NCBI GenBank assembly: GCA_009914755.4 | Contig: CP086569.2 | Location: 62,016,001-62,080,000, forward strand | DNA length: 64,000 nt | Direction of reading: 5' to 3' | Source: the human T2T-CHM13v2.0 reference genome, Homo sapiens | Shown here: piece by piece, positions 1 through 19,980 of the stretch | Numbering within the stretch: the first letter of the stretch is position 1 | How the letters are laid out: each line of letters starts with the position of its first letter | The notes under the pieces: model-generated | What the model saw: the letters and a program-made list of their open reading frames with translations, nothing else | Told to the model about the DNA's origin: nothing | The model's database searches: none | Position numbers and translations under genes: made by a program

Positions 1-1195
1 ATAACATATAATAATATATAATTGTATATATAAAATATGACATATAATATATATTATATTTTATGACACATATATGATATATACTATATATTATATATAA
101 TACGTTGTATGTATAATACATATACTAAATATATATTATATGTCTATGTTATTAATTCTATGTAATATATGTTATATATTACATATTTTACATAGAATAC
201 ACGTTACATAGAATATATACGATGTTACATATAACGTAGAGTTTATTATATGTAATAAAATGTATGTCATATATTTTATATACTTTATAATGTACAATAT
301 GTGGAATGTGATATATATAACATGTAATATATGATATATGATATACAATATATGATATATAACATACAATATATGATACATAATATATATGGTATGCAAT
401 ATATATTTTATGATATATATTATATATGTTTTATATTATATTATATATAACTGTTTAAAATTATATATAACTGTATAATAATATACGTAAATATATAATA
501 TAATATATATAACCATATATTATGTTATATATAATTTTATTACATACTTTCCATAATATATCATAATATAATATATATTATATTATATTATTTTATATTA
601 CATAATATATATTATATATCACAGAATATATGTTACATACATAATATTGAAATATATATTATATTATGATATATTAAATATCATATATATTATGTATCCT
701 ATATTCTATAATATATATTATATATTATATAATATGTAGGGTGTTTATTATATAATACATATAATTATATATATATTTATGGTATACATATAACGATATA
801 AATATGTAATTATATTTATCATTATTTATATTACATATAATTATACAATCATATAGAATAATTTATATTATATAAATAATTATATCATTATATAAATAAT
901 AATATATATAAATTATAATATGTGATATATAATATATATTATATATCATATATGATATAGTATATATGTTATATATCATATTATATATCAATTTATGTTA
1001 TGTTATCTATAATTATATATTTTCATATATAAGATGTATAATATGAATTATATATTATATATGTTATGAAATATATATAATATATACAATATGACATAGG
1101 ATAAATGTTATATATTATTACATGTGATATATATGCGGTTATATATTACGTATAAAGCATATTACATAACATATGTTATATATCATATATACTTT

Positions 1196-1490
1196 TTATT
1201 TAGACAGAGTCTTGTCCTGTTTCACAGGGTGAAGTACAATGGCGCCATCTTTGCTCACTGCAACATCTGCCTCACGGGTTCAAGCGATTGGGCCCCCTCA
1301 GCCTCCCAGGAAGCTGGGAGTACACCACACTGGGGCTTCACCAGCTGCCACCATGCCTAGATAATGTTTTGGATTTTTAGTAGTGACAGCGTTTCACTGT
1401 ATTGGCCAGGATGGTCTTGATCTCTTCACCTTGTGATCCCCTTGTCTTGCACTCCAAATTTCCTGGGATTACACGCCTGAGCCAAGATAC
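1196..1490 (-). mobile_element. Old, diverged full-length Alu embedded in satellite unit 1
   Basis: Reverse-complement Alu: TTTTTATTTAGACAGAGTCTTGTCCTGTTTCACAGGGTGAAGTACAATGGCGCC...CCTCCAAATTTCCTGGGATTACACGCCTGAGCCAAG, about 15-20% diverged. Confidence 0.8.
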
Positions 1491-3591
1491 ATATTTTCTA
1501 AATGAAAAAAAATTTCAAAGGTACTCTGCTTGGTACAAAAATCAAATATATAAACTGAGGGATAAAACATAACCATGGAACATATTTATAACTGCATATG
1601 AAAAATACAGAGGATAATTTTTTAAATAATATATTTTGAAAGCATTAACTAGTAATTTGAAGAGTTGGCATTTGAAAGGCCAGTATGAATATACCTTCAA
1701 AGCAGCAACACAGTTTCCCCATGAGAAAAATCAAACTCAGGGAAAATAAAACCACAAAGGTTCACTCTGTTCTGACCATTGAAAAACACAGCACAGACAG
1801 TGGCCCTTAGGACCAAGAGGAGGAGATCCCTAATCCCGTCACCATGGCGATAGGGCATAAACATTGCAGGGTGAAGGCACAATCCACATTGTGAGGTCCA
1901 ACTGCTGCCAGGAAGACAGGAGTGCTTTTACACAGACACAAAGGTCATTGAAGGCTCAGTGTTTTGTTTCAAAAACTGAATCCCAAGCACACACATTACT
2001 ATGCTGCGCTTCTTAAAACAAGTTATGAGATGGGAAATAGGGCACCCACAAATATATCTATACATTATGTATATAATAATATATAGAATCATATATATAA
2101 TATATGTAACATATATATATAATACTGTTTTACACCCTGCATCTTATATTATATATCTTATGTGTATTATAATAACTGATAAAGTATAAGTATTATATTT
2201 ATAAACTATGACATATAATAATTATATTTTATGACATATATAATATATATTATATACCATATATAGAATATATTATATGGTTAATACACGTATTAAATAT
2301 ATATTATTCATTATATATATTATATGTATCTACGTTATATATAACATTCATTATAGATAATATATATCTTATATCTGGCTTATATATAATATAAAATAAC
2401 ATATAATAATATATAATTGTATATATAAAATATGACATATAATATATATTATATTTTATGACACATATATGATATATATTATATATTATATATAATACGT
2501 TGTATGTATAATACATATATTAAATATATATTATATATCTATGTTATTAATTCTATGTAATATATGTTATATATTACATATTTTACATAGAATACACATG
2601 TTACATAGAATATATACTATGTTACATATAACGTAGAGTTTATTATATGTAATAAAATGTATGTCATATATTTTATATAATTTATAATGTACAATATGTG
2701 GAATGTGATATATATAACATGTAATATATGATATATGATATACAATATATGATATATAACATACAATATATGATACATAATATATATGGTATGCAATATA
2801 TATTTTATGATATATATTATATATGTTTTATATTATATTATATATAACTGTTTAAAATTATATATAACTCTATAATATTATACGTAAATATATAATATAA
2901 TATATATAACCATATATTGTTATATATAATTTTATTACATACTTTCCATAATATATCATAATATAATATATATTATATTATATTATTTTATATTACATAA
3001 TATATATTATATATCACATAATATATGTTACATACATAATATTGAAATATATATTATATTATCATATATTAAATATCATATATATTATGTATCCTATATT
3101 CTATAACATATATTATATATTATATAATATGTTGGATGTCTATTATATGATACACATAATTATATATATATTTATGGTATACATATAACGATATAAATAT
3201 GTAATTATATTTATCATTATTTATATTACAAATAATTATATAATCATATATAATATTTTATATTATATAAATAATTATATCATTATATAAATTATAGTAT
3301 ATATAAATTATAATATGTGATAAATAATATATATTGTATATCATATATGATACAGTATATATGTTATATATCATATTATATATCAATTTATGTTATGTTA
3401 TCAATAATTATATATTTTCATATATAAGATGTATAATGTGAATTATATATTATATATATTATGAAATATATATAACATATATAATATGACATAGTATAAA
3501 TGTTATATATTATGACATATAATATCTATGCGGTTATATATTACATATAAAGCATATTACATAACATATAATATACATCATATATAATTTT

Positions 3592-3886
3592 TATTTAGAC
3601 AGAGTCTCGTTCTGTTGCACAGGGTGGAGTACAATGGCGCCATCTTTGCTCACTGCAACATCTGCCTCACCGGTACAAGCGATTGTGCCCCCTCAGCCTC
3701 CCAGGTAGCTGGGAGTACACCACACTGGGGCTACACCAGCTGCCACCATGCCTAGATAATGTTTTGGATTCTTAGTAGTGACAGCGTTTCACTGTATTGG
3801 CCAGGATGGTCTAGATGTCTTCACCTTGTGATCCCCTTGCCTTGCCCTCCAAATTTGCTGGGATTACACACCTGAGCCAAGATACA
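3592..3886 (-). mobile_element. Same Alu, satellite unit 2
   Basis: Colinear copy of the Alu at 1196-1490 within the 2.39-kb unit. Confidence 0.8.
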
Positions 3887-5971
3887 TATTTTTTAAATGA
3901 AAAAAAATTTCAAAGGTACTCTGCTTGGTACAATAATCAAGTATATAAACTGAGGGATAAAACATAACCATGGAACATATTTATAATTTTATATGGAAAA
4001 TACAGAGGATAATTTTTTAAATAACATATTTTCAAAGCATTAACTAGTAATTTGAAGAGTTGGCATTTGAAAGGCCAGCATGAATATACCTTGAAAGCAG
4101 CAACACAGGTTCCCCATGAGAAAAATCAAACTCAGGGAAAATAAAACCACAAAGGTTCACTCTGTTCTGACCTTTGAAAAACACAGCACAGACAGTGGCC
4201 CTTAGGTCCAAGAGGAGGAGATCCCTAATCCCGTCACCATGGCGATAGGGCATAAACATTGCAGGGTGAGGGCACAATCCACATTGTGAGGTCCAACTGC
4301 TGCCAGGAAGACAGGAGTGCTTTTACATAGACCCAAAGGTCATTGAAGGCTCAGTGTTTTCTTTCAAAAACTGAATCCCAAGCCCACATATTATTATGCT
4401 GGGCTTCTTAAAAAAGTTATGAGATGGGAAATAGGGCACCCACAGATATATCTATACATTATGTATATAATAATATAAAGAATCATATATATAATATATG
4501 TAACATATATATAATACTGTTCTACATCCTGCATATTATATTGTATATATTATATGTATTATAATAACTGATAATGTATAAGTATTATATTTACACACTA
4601 TGACATATAATAATTATATTTTATGACATATATAATATATATTATGTATCATACATAGATTATATTATATGGTTATTATACGTATAAAATATATAATATT
4701 CATTATAAATATTATATATATCTACGTTATATATAACATTCATTATAGATAATATATATATTATATCTAGCTTATATATATTATAAAATAACATATAATA
4801 ATATATAATTGTATATATAAATTAAGACATAGTATATTATATTTTATGACACATATATGATATATATTGTATATTATATATAATACGTTGTATGTATAAT
4901 ACATATATTAAATATATATTATATGTCTATGTTATTAATTATATGTAATATATGTTATATATTACATATTTTACATAGAATACACATGTTACGTAGAATA
5001 TATACTATGTTACATATAACGTAGAATTTCTTATATGTAATATAATGTATGTCATATATTATATATACTTTATAATATACAATATGTGGAATGTGATATA
5101 TATAACATGTAATATATGATATATCATATACAATATATGATATATAACATACAATATATGATACATAATATATATGGTATGCAATATATATTTTATGATA
5201 TATATTATATACGTTTTATATTACATTATATATAACTATTTAAAATTATATATAAGTGTATAATGTACGTAAATATATAATATAATATATAACCATATAT
5301 TATGTTATTTATAATTTTATTACATACTTTCCATAATATATCATAATATAATATATATTATATTATATTATTTCATATTACATAATATATACTATATATC
5401 GCAAAATATATGTTACATACATAATATAGAAATATATATTATAATATGATATATTAAATATATATATTATGTATGCTATACTGTATAATATATATTATAT
5501 ATTACATAATATGTAGGGTGTCTATTATATGATACATATAATTTTATATATAGTTATTTTATACATATAATGAAATAAATATGTAATTATATTTATCATT
5601 ATTTATATTACATATAATTATTTAATCATATATAATATTTTATATTATATAAATAATTATATCATTATATAAATTATAGTATATATAAATTATAATATGT
5701 GATAAATACTATATATTATATATCATATAAGATACAGTATATATGTCATATATCATATTATATATCAATTTATGTTATGTTATCTATAATTATATTTTCA
5801 TATATAAGATGTATAATATGAATTATATACTATATATATTATGAAATATATATAATATATATAATATGACATAGGATAAATGTTATATATTATGACATAT
5901 AATATCTATGCGGTTATATATAACATATAAATCATATTACATAACATATAATATATATCATATATAATTTT

Positions 5972-6270
5972 TTTTTAGACAGAGTCTCGTTCTGTTGCAC
6001 AGGGTGGAGTACAATGGCGCCATCTTTGCTCACTGCAACATCTGCCTCACGGGATCAAGCGATTGTGCCCCCTCAGCCTCCCAGGTAGCTGGGAGTACAC
6101 CACACTGGGGCTACACCAGCTGCCACCATGCCTAGCTAATCTTTTGTATTTTTAGTAGTGACAGCGTTTCACTGTATTGGCCAGGATGGTCTTGATCTCT
6201 TCACCTTGTGATCCCGTTTCCTTGGCCTCCAAATTTGCTGGGATTCCAGGCCTGAGCCAAGATACATATT
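5972..6270 (-). mobile_element. Same Alu, satellite unit 3
   Basis: Colinear copy of the Alu at 1196-1490 within the 2.39-kb unit. Confidence 0.8.
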
Positions 6271-8361
6271 TTTGAAATGAAAAAAAATTTCAAAGTTACT
6301 CTGCTTGGTACAATAATCAAATATATAAACTGAGGAATAAAACATAACCATGGAACATATTTATAGCTGCATATGGAAAATACAGAGGATAATTTTTTAA
6401 ATAACATATTTTGAAAGCATTATCTAGTAATTTGAAGAGTTGACATTTGAAAGGCCAGTATGAATATAACTTCAAAGCAGCAACACAGGTTCCCCATGAG
6501 AAAAATCCAACTCAGGGAAAATAAAACCACAAAGGTTCACTCTGCTCTGACCTTTGAAAAACACAGCACAGACAGTGGCCCTTAGGACCAAGAGCAGCAG
6601 ATCCCTAATCCCGTCAGCATGGCGATAGGGCATAAACATTGCAGGGTGAGGGCACAATCCACATTGTGAGGTCCAACTGCTGCCAGGAAGACAGGAGTGC
6701 TTATACATAGACCCAAAGGTCATTGAACGCTCAGTGTTTAGTTTTAAAAACTGAATCCGAAGCCCACACATTATTATGCTGCGCTTCTTAAAACAAGTTA
6801 TGAGATGGGAAATAGGGCACCCACTAATATATCTATACATTATGTATATAATAATATATAGAATCATATATATAATATATGTAACATATATATAAAATAC
6901 TGTGTTACATCCTGCATCTTATATTATATATATTATATGTAATATACTAACTGATAATATATAAGTATTCTATTTATACACTATGACATTTAATAATTAT
7001 ATTTTATGACATATATAATATATATTATATATCATATATAGAATATATTATATGGTTAATATACGTATTAAATATATAATATACATTATATATATTATAT
7101 ATATTATATCTACGGCATATATAACATTCATGATAGATAATATATATATTATATCCAGCTTAAATATAATATAAAATAACAAATAATAATATATAACTGT
7201 ATATGTAAAATATGACATATAATATATATTTTATTTTATGACACATATATGATATATATTATATGTTATATATAATACGTTGTATGTATAATACATATAT
7301 TAAATATATAGTATATGTCTATGTCAGTAATTATATGTAATATATGTTATATATTACATATTTTACATAGAATACACGTTACGTAGAATATATACTGTTA
7401 CATATAACGTAGAATATATTATATATAATATAATATATGTCATATATTATATATACTTTATAATATACAATATGTGGAATGTGATATATATAACATGTAA
7501 TATATGATATATGATATACAATATATGATATATAACATACAATATATGATACGTAATATATATGGTATACAATATATGTTTTATTATACATATTACATGT
7601 GTTTTATATTATATTATTCATAACTATTTAAAATTATATATAACCGTATAATATTATACGTAAATATATAATATAATATATATAACCATATATTATGTTA
7701 TAGATAATTTTATTACATACATTCCATAATATATCATAATATAATATATATTATATTATTTAACATTACATTATATATATTATATATCACGTAATATAAG
7801 TTACATACATAATATTGAAATATATATTATATTATGATATATTAAATATCGTATATATTATGTATCCTACATTGTATAATATATATTATATATTATATAA
7901 TATGTATGGTGTCTATTATATGATATATATAATTATATATATAATTATAGTATACATATAATGATATAAATATGTAATTATATTTATCATTATTTATATT
8001 ATATATAATTATATAATCATATATAATAATTTATATTATATAAATAATTATATCATTATATAAATTATAGTATATATAAATTATAATATGTAATAAATAA
8101 TATATAGTATATATCATATATGATATAGTATATGTTATATATCATATTATATATCAATTTATTTTGTGTTATCTATAATTATATATTTTCATATAGAAGA
8201 TGTATAATATGAATTATATATTATATATTATGAAATATATATCATATATATAATATGACATAGGATTAATGTTATATATTATGACTTATAATATATATGC
8301 GGTTATATATTACATATAAAACATATTACATAACATATAATATATATCATATATAATTTTT

Positions 8362-8656
8362 TTTTAGACAGAGTCTTGTCCTGTTTCACAGGGTGGAGTA
8401 CAATGGCGCCATCTTTGCTCACTGCAACATCTGCCTCATGGGTTCAAGCGATTGTGCCCCGTCAGCCTCCCAGGTAGCTGGGAGTACACCACACTGGGAC
8501 TACACCAGCTGCCACCATGCCTAGCTATTTTTTTGTATTTTTAGTAGTGACAGCGTTTCACTGCATCGGCCAGGATGGTCTTGATCTCTTCACCTTGTGA
8601 TCCCCTTACCTTGGCCTCCAAATTGGTGGGATTACAGGCCTGAGCCAAGATACGTA
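8362..8656 (-). mobile_element. Same Alu, satellite unit 4
   Basis: Colinear copy of the Alu at 1196-1490 within the 2.39-kb unit. Confidence 0.8.
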
Positions 8657-9784
8657 TTTTTTAAATGAAAACAAATTTCAAAGGTACTCTGCTTGGTACA
8701 ATAATCAAATATATAAACTGAGGAATAAAACATAACCATGGAACATATTTATAACTGCATATGGAAAATACAGAGGATAACTTTTTAAATAACATATTTT
8801 GAAAGCTTTAACTAGTAATTTGAAGAGTTGGCATTTGAAAGGCCAGTATGAATATACCTTCAAAGCAGCAACACAGGTTCCCCATGAGAAAAATCAAACT
8901 CAGGGAAAATAAAACCACAAAGGTTCACTCTGTTCTGACCTTTGAAAAACACAGCACAGACAGTGGCCCTTAGGACCAAAAGCAGGAGATTCCTAATCCC
9001 GTCACCATGGCGATAGGACATAAACATTGCAGGTTGAGGGCACAATCCACACTGTGAGGTCCTACTGCTGCCAGGAAGACAGGAGTGCTTTTACATAGAC
9101 CCAAAGGTCATTGAAGGCTCAGCGTTTTGTTTCAAAAACTGAATCCCAAGCCCACACATTATTATGCTGCGCTTCTTAAAACAAGTTATGAGATGGGAAA
9201 TAGGGCACCCACAGATATATCTATACATTATGTATATAATAATATATAGAATCATAGATATATGGAACATATATATATAATATTGTTTTACATCCTGCAT
9301 CTTATATTATATATATTATATGTATTATAATAATTGATAATATATAAGTATTATATTTATACAATATGACATATAATAATTATATTTTATGACATATATA
9401 ATATATATTATATATCATATATAGAATATATTATATGGTTAATATACGTATTAAATATATAATATACATTATATATATTATATATATTATATCTACATTA
9501 TATATAACATTCATTATAGATAATATATATATTATATCTAGTTTATATATAATATAAAATTACATATCATAATATATAATTGTATATATAAAATATGACC
9601 TATAATACATATTATATTTTATGACACATATATGATATATATTATATATAATACGTTGTATGTATAATACATATATTAAATATACATTATATGTCTATGT
9701 TATTAATTATATGTAATATATGTTATATATTACATATTTTACATAGAATACACATGTTACATAGAATATATACTATGTTACATG

Positions 9785-11215
9785 TAACTCTCCACTGATT
9801 TATTTGGAGAAGGGACGTTCTCTTCTATCTTGATTGAACGTGACATTAGATGTGTTTTGCAAAATTACCTGTCCCAGATATTGGTCCCCCCTTTATTTCT
9901 GTGGCTGTATTTGAAACAGAATATTTCTCATTACTTGTAGCCTGAATGAGATTTGAAAACAAAATAATACGTAAAGTAGGTTTCATAGACTATACAGTTA
10001 ATAGTTCAACAGATAAATGAGACTTTAATTGCCTTCTCAGCTGGTTGTTTCTGAGAAGACACTGAAAAGCAAAAGGGTTACATAATCAATCATATGTAAA
10101 TATGATAATGTTATCCATACATTAATGGATGGATAGCATGTTAGCATCAAGTTTTATACTCCTGCCTGTATTACTGTAGGCTTTGATATTTTATACTTTG
10201 TTTCTTTGGACTAAACATGAAGGAAATACACTGAAGAAAATAGGAATACAGGCTTCAAGAAATATATACTGACAATTTCAAATGTGATATAACTTTCTCC
10301 ATATGTCTAAAACTAAAATAAAACCATGTCAATATCAATGTGGATATGCTGATTGTTGAGGACAAATGTGATCTAAAATCAGAGTCCAACTCATACACCT
10401 GGGAATCAACGTCAAAGCCGGTGATACATGCACCCGCGTGTCTTTCATGCAAGATATCAGAATGATTTGGAACATTTTACTGCAAACATTCATCATGCTC
10501 TTTAACTTGATCAATCAGTGAGAAGGTACACAATTATAATGACACTTTAGTTGAATGTACACTTCACATCTCTTCAGTGGAAGTGTCCTAACTTAATCAG
10601 CTTGGATATATGTTTGGTGAATTATAGTATGTAATGTTCATTATTTCTCACACCCATATGGTGTAATAATGTGCCTACATCTCTTGCATCTTCTAGTTTA
10701 GCCTTCCGAAATCTTCATCCACTCATGGCAACAAGGTATAATATATAAACTTCATCAAAAAGTATAATAAATTACCAAATTTGACATACTTATACAAAAT
10801 AAAATTGCTACAAGCATTAGATATGAATAAGCTTTTACATCTGGAAATCACGCCAATATTCCTTGAAAATAACCATTTGGGAGTCAAGTAATGAATTCAA
10901 CATTATTTTCACTTCTAAAATAGTCTGGTTAAATTATCATGTTATTCTCTAGAGAATTTTTATTAAGTTGCTATTTTATCCAATAGCTCCTTGAAAAACA
11001 AAGCCAATGTATGCATATTCACGTTTATCTCATTTGAATAACCAATATCAACAAAACATATACCTCTGGTGCCCAATAGTAACAAAGAAGAATAATGAGT
11101 TACTGTGGTTTATCCCAACTCTATCACTGTTTCCTGCTTCCAGTAGTTCCTGGAACAGCCAAAAATCAAATCATCCTTTATGCAAATATTCTGAATGCAT
11201 CTGAAGTGAGTTCAC
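9785..11215. repeat. About 1.4 kb homologous to the 1.87-kb tandem repeat family. Partial units, with the array broken by the HSat1B junction.
   Basis: The unit start motif 'GTGTCTTTCATGCAAGATATCAG' at 10437 matches unit starts at 36956, 38832 and 40712. The block 9785-10436 matches the last ~650 bp of those units. Confidence 0.65.
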
Positions 11216-12420
11216 TTAATCTAAGAGTTATAATTTAAAAAATCATTTTGTTTATGCTCATGAAGACTCCTGATGTTTTTACATTTCCTGGATTCAGCAG
11301 TTCGGCCTTCTCACCGTCTCTTCGTCCACTTTTGCAAAAACATACACATCAGTGAAATAATGTGTAATCAGATTCCTATGAAAATAAACTAAACAAAGTT
11401 TCTAAATCACTAGAGACTTCTTTTCTTATAAATAACCAAACAATACGACATAATACATATATATACATATGTCATGATTGTCACCATTATTGGCAGTTAT
11501 CTGTTTAGTACTCTAAAAATGCATTCTTTGATTCCTTTTTTCTAAATCTAGTTTCACATGATATACCATAGGGGTCTCTCCGGTTCTTTTACAAAATAAC
11601 TACACCAGCAAACACAGCTTTCCAAAAAAGAAAAACTGATGTGAACGAAGCATGTATCATTGATATGCAAAACTTCTAGGGAGAAGAAATGAGATCCTGT
11701 GGGTCACCCTCATCCTTCTAACCTCTGCTTTCCATTAAGTGACTTCCCACAAATCTCCTCATCAGAAACCTCCAAATTACCTAGCTAGCTGCTTTCTTTG
11801 TTTACACCTGCCCAATTTGACATACACTCTTTTTCGTTCATAAATCTAATATCCATATTGGTGGACTTGATTCTTTGACCTCTACATTCGTTTCTTCATT
11901 ATTTTCACCACCACTGTAATGTGACATCTGTACAATCCTATTCTGACACATCTGAAGATAAGGTTTTGCTTTATTAAAATGTTAAATGTGACAAGACACT
12001 TGACTAACGTGTACAAATTCCTTCTTCACAAAAGCAGCCCCATGGCCTCCTATCTCCCATAGACACGTTCACAGCTGTTCTTAACTACCCATAACACCAC
12101 TATGTCTATGCTTTCCAGAGAAACAAGCTCTGAAATTTTATTGAATATAACCTATTTAAAAACTTCTTTAACTACAATGACGGTCTCTCCTTGATGCACC
12201 AAATCTTCAGAAATAACTTGTGAAGGCTTGAAAATATGTCAGTAATTGACATGAAAAATGAAGCTTGATGTAATTTTTTGCAGGTATAAAAAAGACAAGC
12301 TGAGATCCTTACTAGATCCAGGAAGAGCAAAGTACATTAGACAGGAAATAAATATGGAACAGAAACATTTTCATTTGTAATGAAAATTCCTCTATTTACA
12401 GTTTTCAAAAGAGAAGAAAA

Positions 12421-12458
12421 TACACACACATACACACACACACACTCACACACAAAAA
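12421..12458. repeat. (CA)n microsatellite
   Basis: ACACACACATACACACACACACACTCACACAC. The paralogous tract is at 42955-42995. Confidence 0.9.
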
Positions 12459-13377
12459 CCAGAGCAATATGGCTTTACAGGGTGTTTCTTCATCAAAGAC
12501 CTATTTGTCATTTGATATCTGGGAACACTCTATAGGGATCAACAAAGGGGTTCTAAATTGTGACCTGAGTAGTTTAGAGTTTAACATTCATGAAGGGGAG
12601 CCAAGAGGACAAGTAACACTTTGACCATTGGCCATTTCCACTCCTTACTGCTATTCTCTGAAAAGCACACACTGGATTTTCTCAGAGTTAGGACATGTCA
12701 AACAGACATGCTTTAAGGGGGAAACAGTTGCAATTAACACAGCCATGGGAGAGATACAGCTATGCTTGCTAGGATTTCCAATACTTCTGTTTCATTTCTA
12801 ATATAGTACAAATCAATAAAACCAACCACGTAAGCATATCCATGCTGGTATGTCATCATATTTAAGTCCATATGGTATCAGCATGAAGAGAGCATAATAT
12901 GCTGTAGTCATCACATGGCATATCATGAGATCATACAATAAATCAAGAAATACCTCACTGGGTCAAGGTGGATAGATCTGAAATATATATCACTGATTTT
13001 ACAAAGACCAAGTTGCATTCAATAAGTGCACTGCCTGAACTTTTCTACAAGTTTTTAATACACAAAATCAAGTTCTACAAGTTATCTATGAATGTGCACA
13101 TATGTTGTAAGAGGTTTTTAATGTGCATTTGGGTGATTTCTTTTTAATTAATTCAAGCTCTTGGTTACATGTTGGCAGTAAGCTTTAGTATTATAGAAAA
13201 CCCAAAACAGTAACAGGTCAGAATCACCGTCTTAAAAGGCTGTCTACCAAAGAGTCAGGAAAGCATGACTACTTACTTTCTTCATTTTTGAAACTCAGAC
13301 GTACCTCATTGCACACTTCCAAATAAAACTGCACAAGTTCCTTAGTTGAATTAGATCCCGTTAGTCAATTTTGTCTT

Positions 13378-14389
<1,012 letters not shown>

Positions 14390-14390
<1 letters not shown>

Positions 14391-15335
14391 GGCAACCCAC
14401 AGAACAGGAGAAAATGTTTGCAATCTCTCCATCTGACAAAAGGCTAATATCCAGAATCTAAAAGGAACTTAAACAAATTTATGAGAAAAGAACAAACAAC
14501 CTCATCAAAAAGTGGGTGAAGGATATGCTCAAAAGAAGACATCTATTCAGCCAGTAAACATATGAAAAAAAGGCTCATCATCACTGAACATTAGAGAAAT
14601 GCAAATCAAAACCACAATGAGATACCATCTCACGCCAGTTAGAACGGTGATCATTAAAAAGTCAGGAAACAACAGATGCTGGAGAGGATGTGGAGAAATA
14701 GGAACACTTTTATATTGTTGGTGGGAGTGTCAATTATTTCAACCACTGTGGAAGACAGTGTGGTGATTCTTCAAGGATCTAGAACCAGAAATACTATTTG
14801 ACCCAGCAATCCCATTACTGAATACATACCCCAAAGATTAAAAATCATTCTACTCTAAAGACACATGCACATGTATGTATATTGCAGCACTATTCACAAT
14901 AGCAAAGACTTGGACCCAACCTGCATGCCCATCAGTGATAGGCTGGACAAAGAAAATGTGGCATATACACATCATGGAATACTATGCAGCCATAAAAAAG
15001 GATGAGTTCATGTCCTTTGCAAAGACATGGATGAAGCCTGAAACCATCATTCTCAGCAAACTAACACAGGAAAAGAAAACCAAACGCCACATTTTCTCAC
15101 TCGTAAGTGGGAGTTGAACAAAGAGAACACATGGACACAGGGAGGGGAACATCACACACCGGGGCCTGTCAGGGGGTTGGGGTCCTAGGGGAGGGATAGT
15201 ATTAGTAGAAATACCTAATGTAGCTGATGGGTTGATGGGTACAGTAAACCACGATGGCACATGTATGCCTATGTAAAAAACCTGCATGTTCTTCACATGT
15301 ATCCCTGAACTTATGGTATAATACAAAACAAACAA
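14390..15335 (+). mobile_element. LINE-1 ORF2 C-terminus plus 3'UTR, the sense 3' part of the same L1, ending in a degenerate A-rich tail
   Basis: Plus-strand ORF 14875-15117 is the L1 ORF2 C-terminal peptide (…FTIAKTWTQPACPSVIGWTKKMWHIHIMEYYAAIKKDEFMSFA…). The 3'UTR end 'AACCTGCATGTTCTTCACATGTATCCCTGAACTTATGGTATAATACAAAACAAACAAACC' ends at 15335. Confidence 0.85.
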
Positions 15336-18745
<3,410 letters not shown>

Positions 18746-19238
18746 AACATTAATTCAGGCTGTTGGTTACCTGTAGGCAATAAATTGTAGTAGAAGAAAA
18801 TATTCTAAGGCCAAAACAGCTCAGAATCATTGTTTTAAAACACTGTATCTACCAAAGAGTTACAAAAGAATGATTAATCATTTTATTCATTCTTAATCTG
18901 AGATGCACACACACATACACATGCAGAAACTCAATCTGGTAATCAGAAGATGTGATTAAGTAAAGATTCTCAACGTAACAACACTGACATAAAGGAGTTG
19001 AAGTTCTAAAACAATTGTAACGTCAGCAGGTATAGATTTTCTCTAGGTGAAGAAGAGAGAAGAGTATTGCAATCAATTTTGAAGCACTGAAAATACTTAG
19101 TGTCAAAATACACCTCCTCAAATCCCTAACATGCACAGGAATTCAAAACTGGGATCTTCAGATGATGACAACTTTAAAGGAAAAGCATTTGGGCTAGAGC
19201 TCATGGTGTAAAATGTCCGCCTTATGCCTTAAATATCA

Positions 19239-19496
<258 letters not shown>

Positions 19497-19980
19497 TCAT
19501 GTATATATCACAGAGCATTTTGTTAATAATTAAAGAAAATATGCTTACCGTGAATAAAGGCGGTTACTCAGGAGACACTACAAAACAAAAGGAACACAAA
19601 ATTGACTACAGGGAAATATGACACAGCCTACCATCAATCATGCAGTGTTTGTATCCAGCTGAAATCTTCGTCCTTGCCCTTGAAATTGTTACCCATTAGG
19701 CTTTGGGTTGCTTTGCTCTTGTTTTGGTTAACACACAAACGTGACAGGAATATACACATGAAAAATCACAATATAGATTCTATAAAACATGCAGTCCAGA
19801 TTGCAAGGGTGAGATTAGGTTTCACATAACTACAAGTAACATAGAAAAGTGTTTCTACGAATGTGAATCTGCTGGATGAAGCCAAAAAAAGTGACGTCAA
19901 ATGAGAGAACCAAAGCGGACCCCAGAAGAATAAATGTTAGAAACTATGAAGTTGCAATGAGAGAGCATGAAAATGTATTA

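Larger units (their letters stand above)
1..9785. repeat. Tandem satellite array of ~2.39-kb units (at least 4 units, window starts inside the array). Each unit is ~1.8 kb AT-rich low complexity, a diverged Alu, and ~550 bp complex sequence. HSat1B / DYZ2-like.
   Basis: The landmark 'TAGACAGAGTC' (poly-T end of the embedded minus-strand Alu) recurs at ~1201, 3596, 5976 and 8365, giving periods of 2395, 2380 and 2388 bp. The long TATAT/ATAAT-type stretches and the ~550-bp complex block (e.g. 1490-2040) are colinear between units at roughly 90-95% identity. This unit structure (AT-rich plus ancient Alu, ~2.4 kb) matches published descriptions of HSat1B/DYZ2. The family name is from memory, not from a search. 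Confidence 0.7.

Noticed and set aside
172-9300. AT-rich ORFs (MHTIYIMYHILYV…) and a recurrent 61-131-aa minus-strand ORF (M C(L/P)HPAMFMPYRHGDGIRDLLLL…LRATVCAVFF…) found once per 2.39-kb unit at 1697-1882, 4044-4277, 6472-6867 and 8860-9045
   Set aside because: The first group is low-complexity TA-repeat translation. The second recurs only because the satellite unit recurs. Its length and termini differ between units (61, 77, 131 and 61 aa), it sits in the ~550-bp complex block of the satellite, and it has no recognisable domain. It is consistent with satellite sequence and is not a conserved gene. It could in principle be transcribed as satellite RNA, but nothing in the sequence supports coding.
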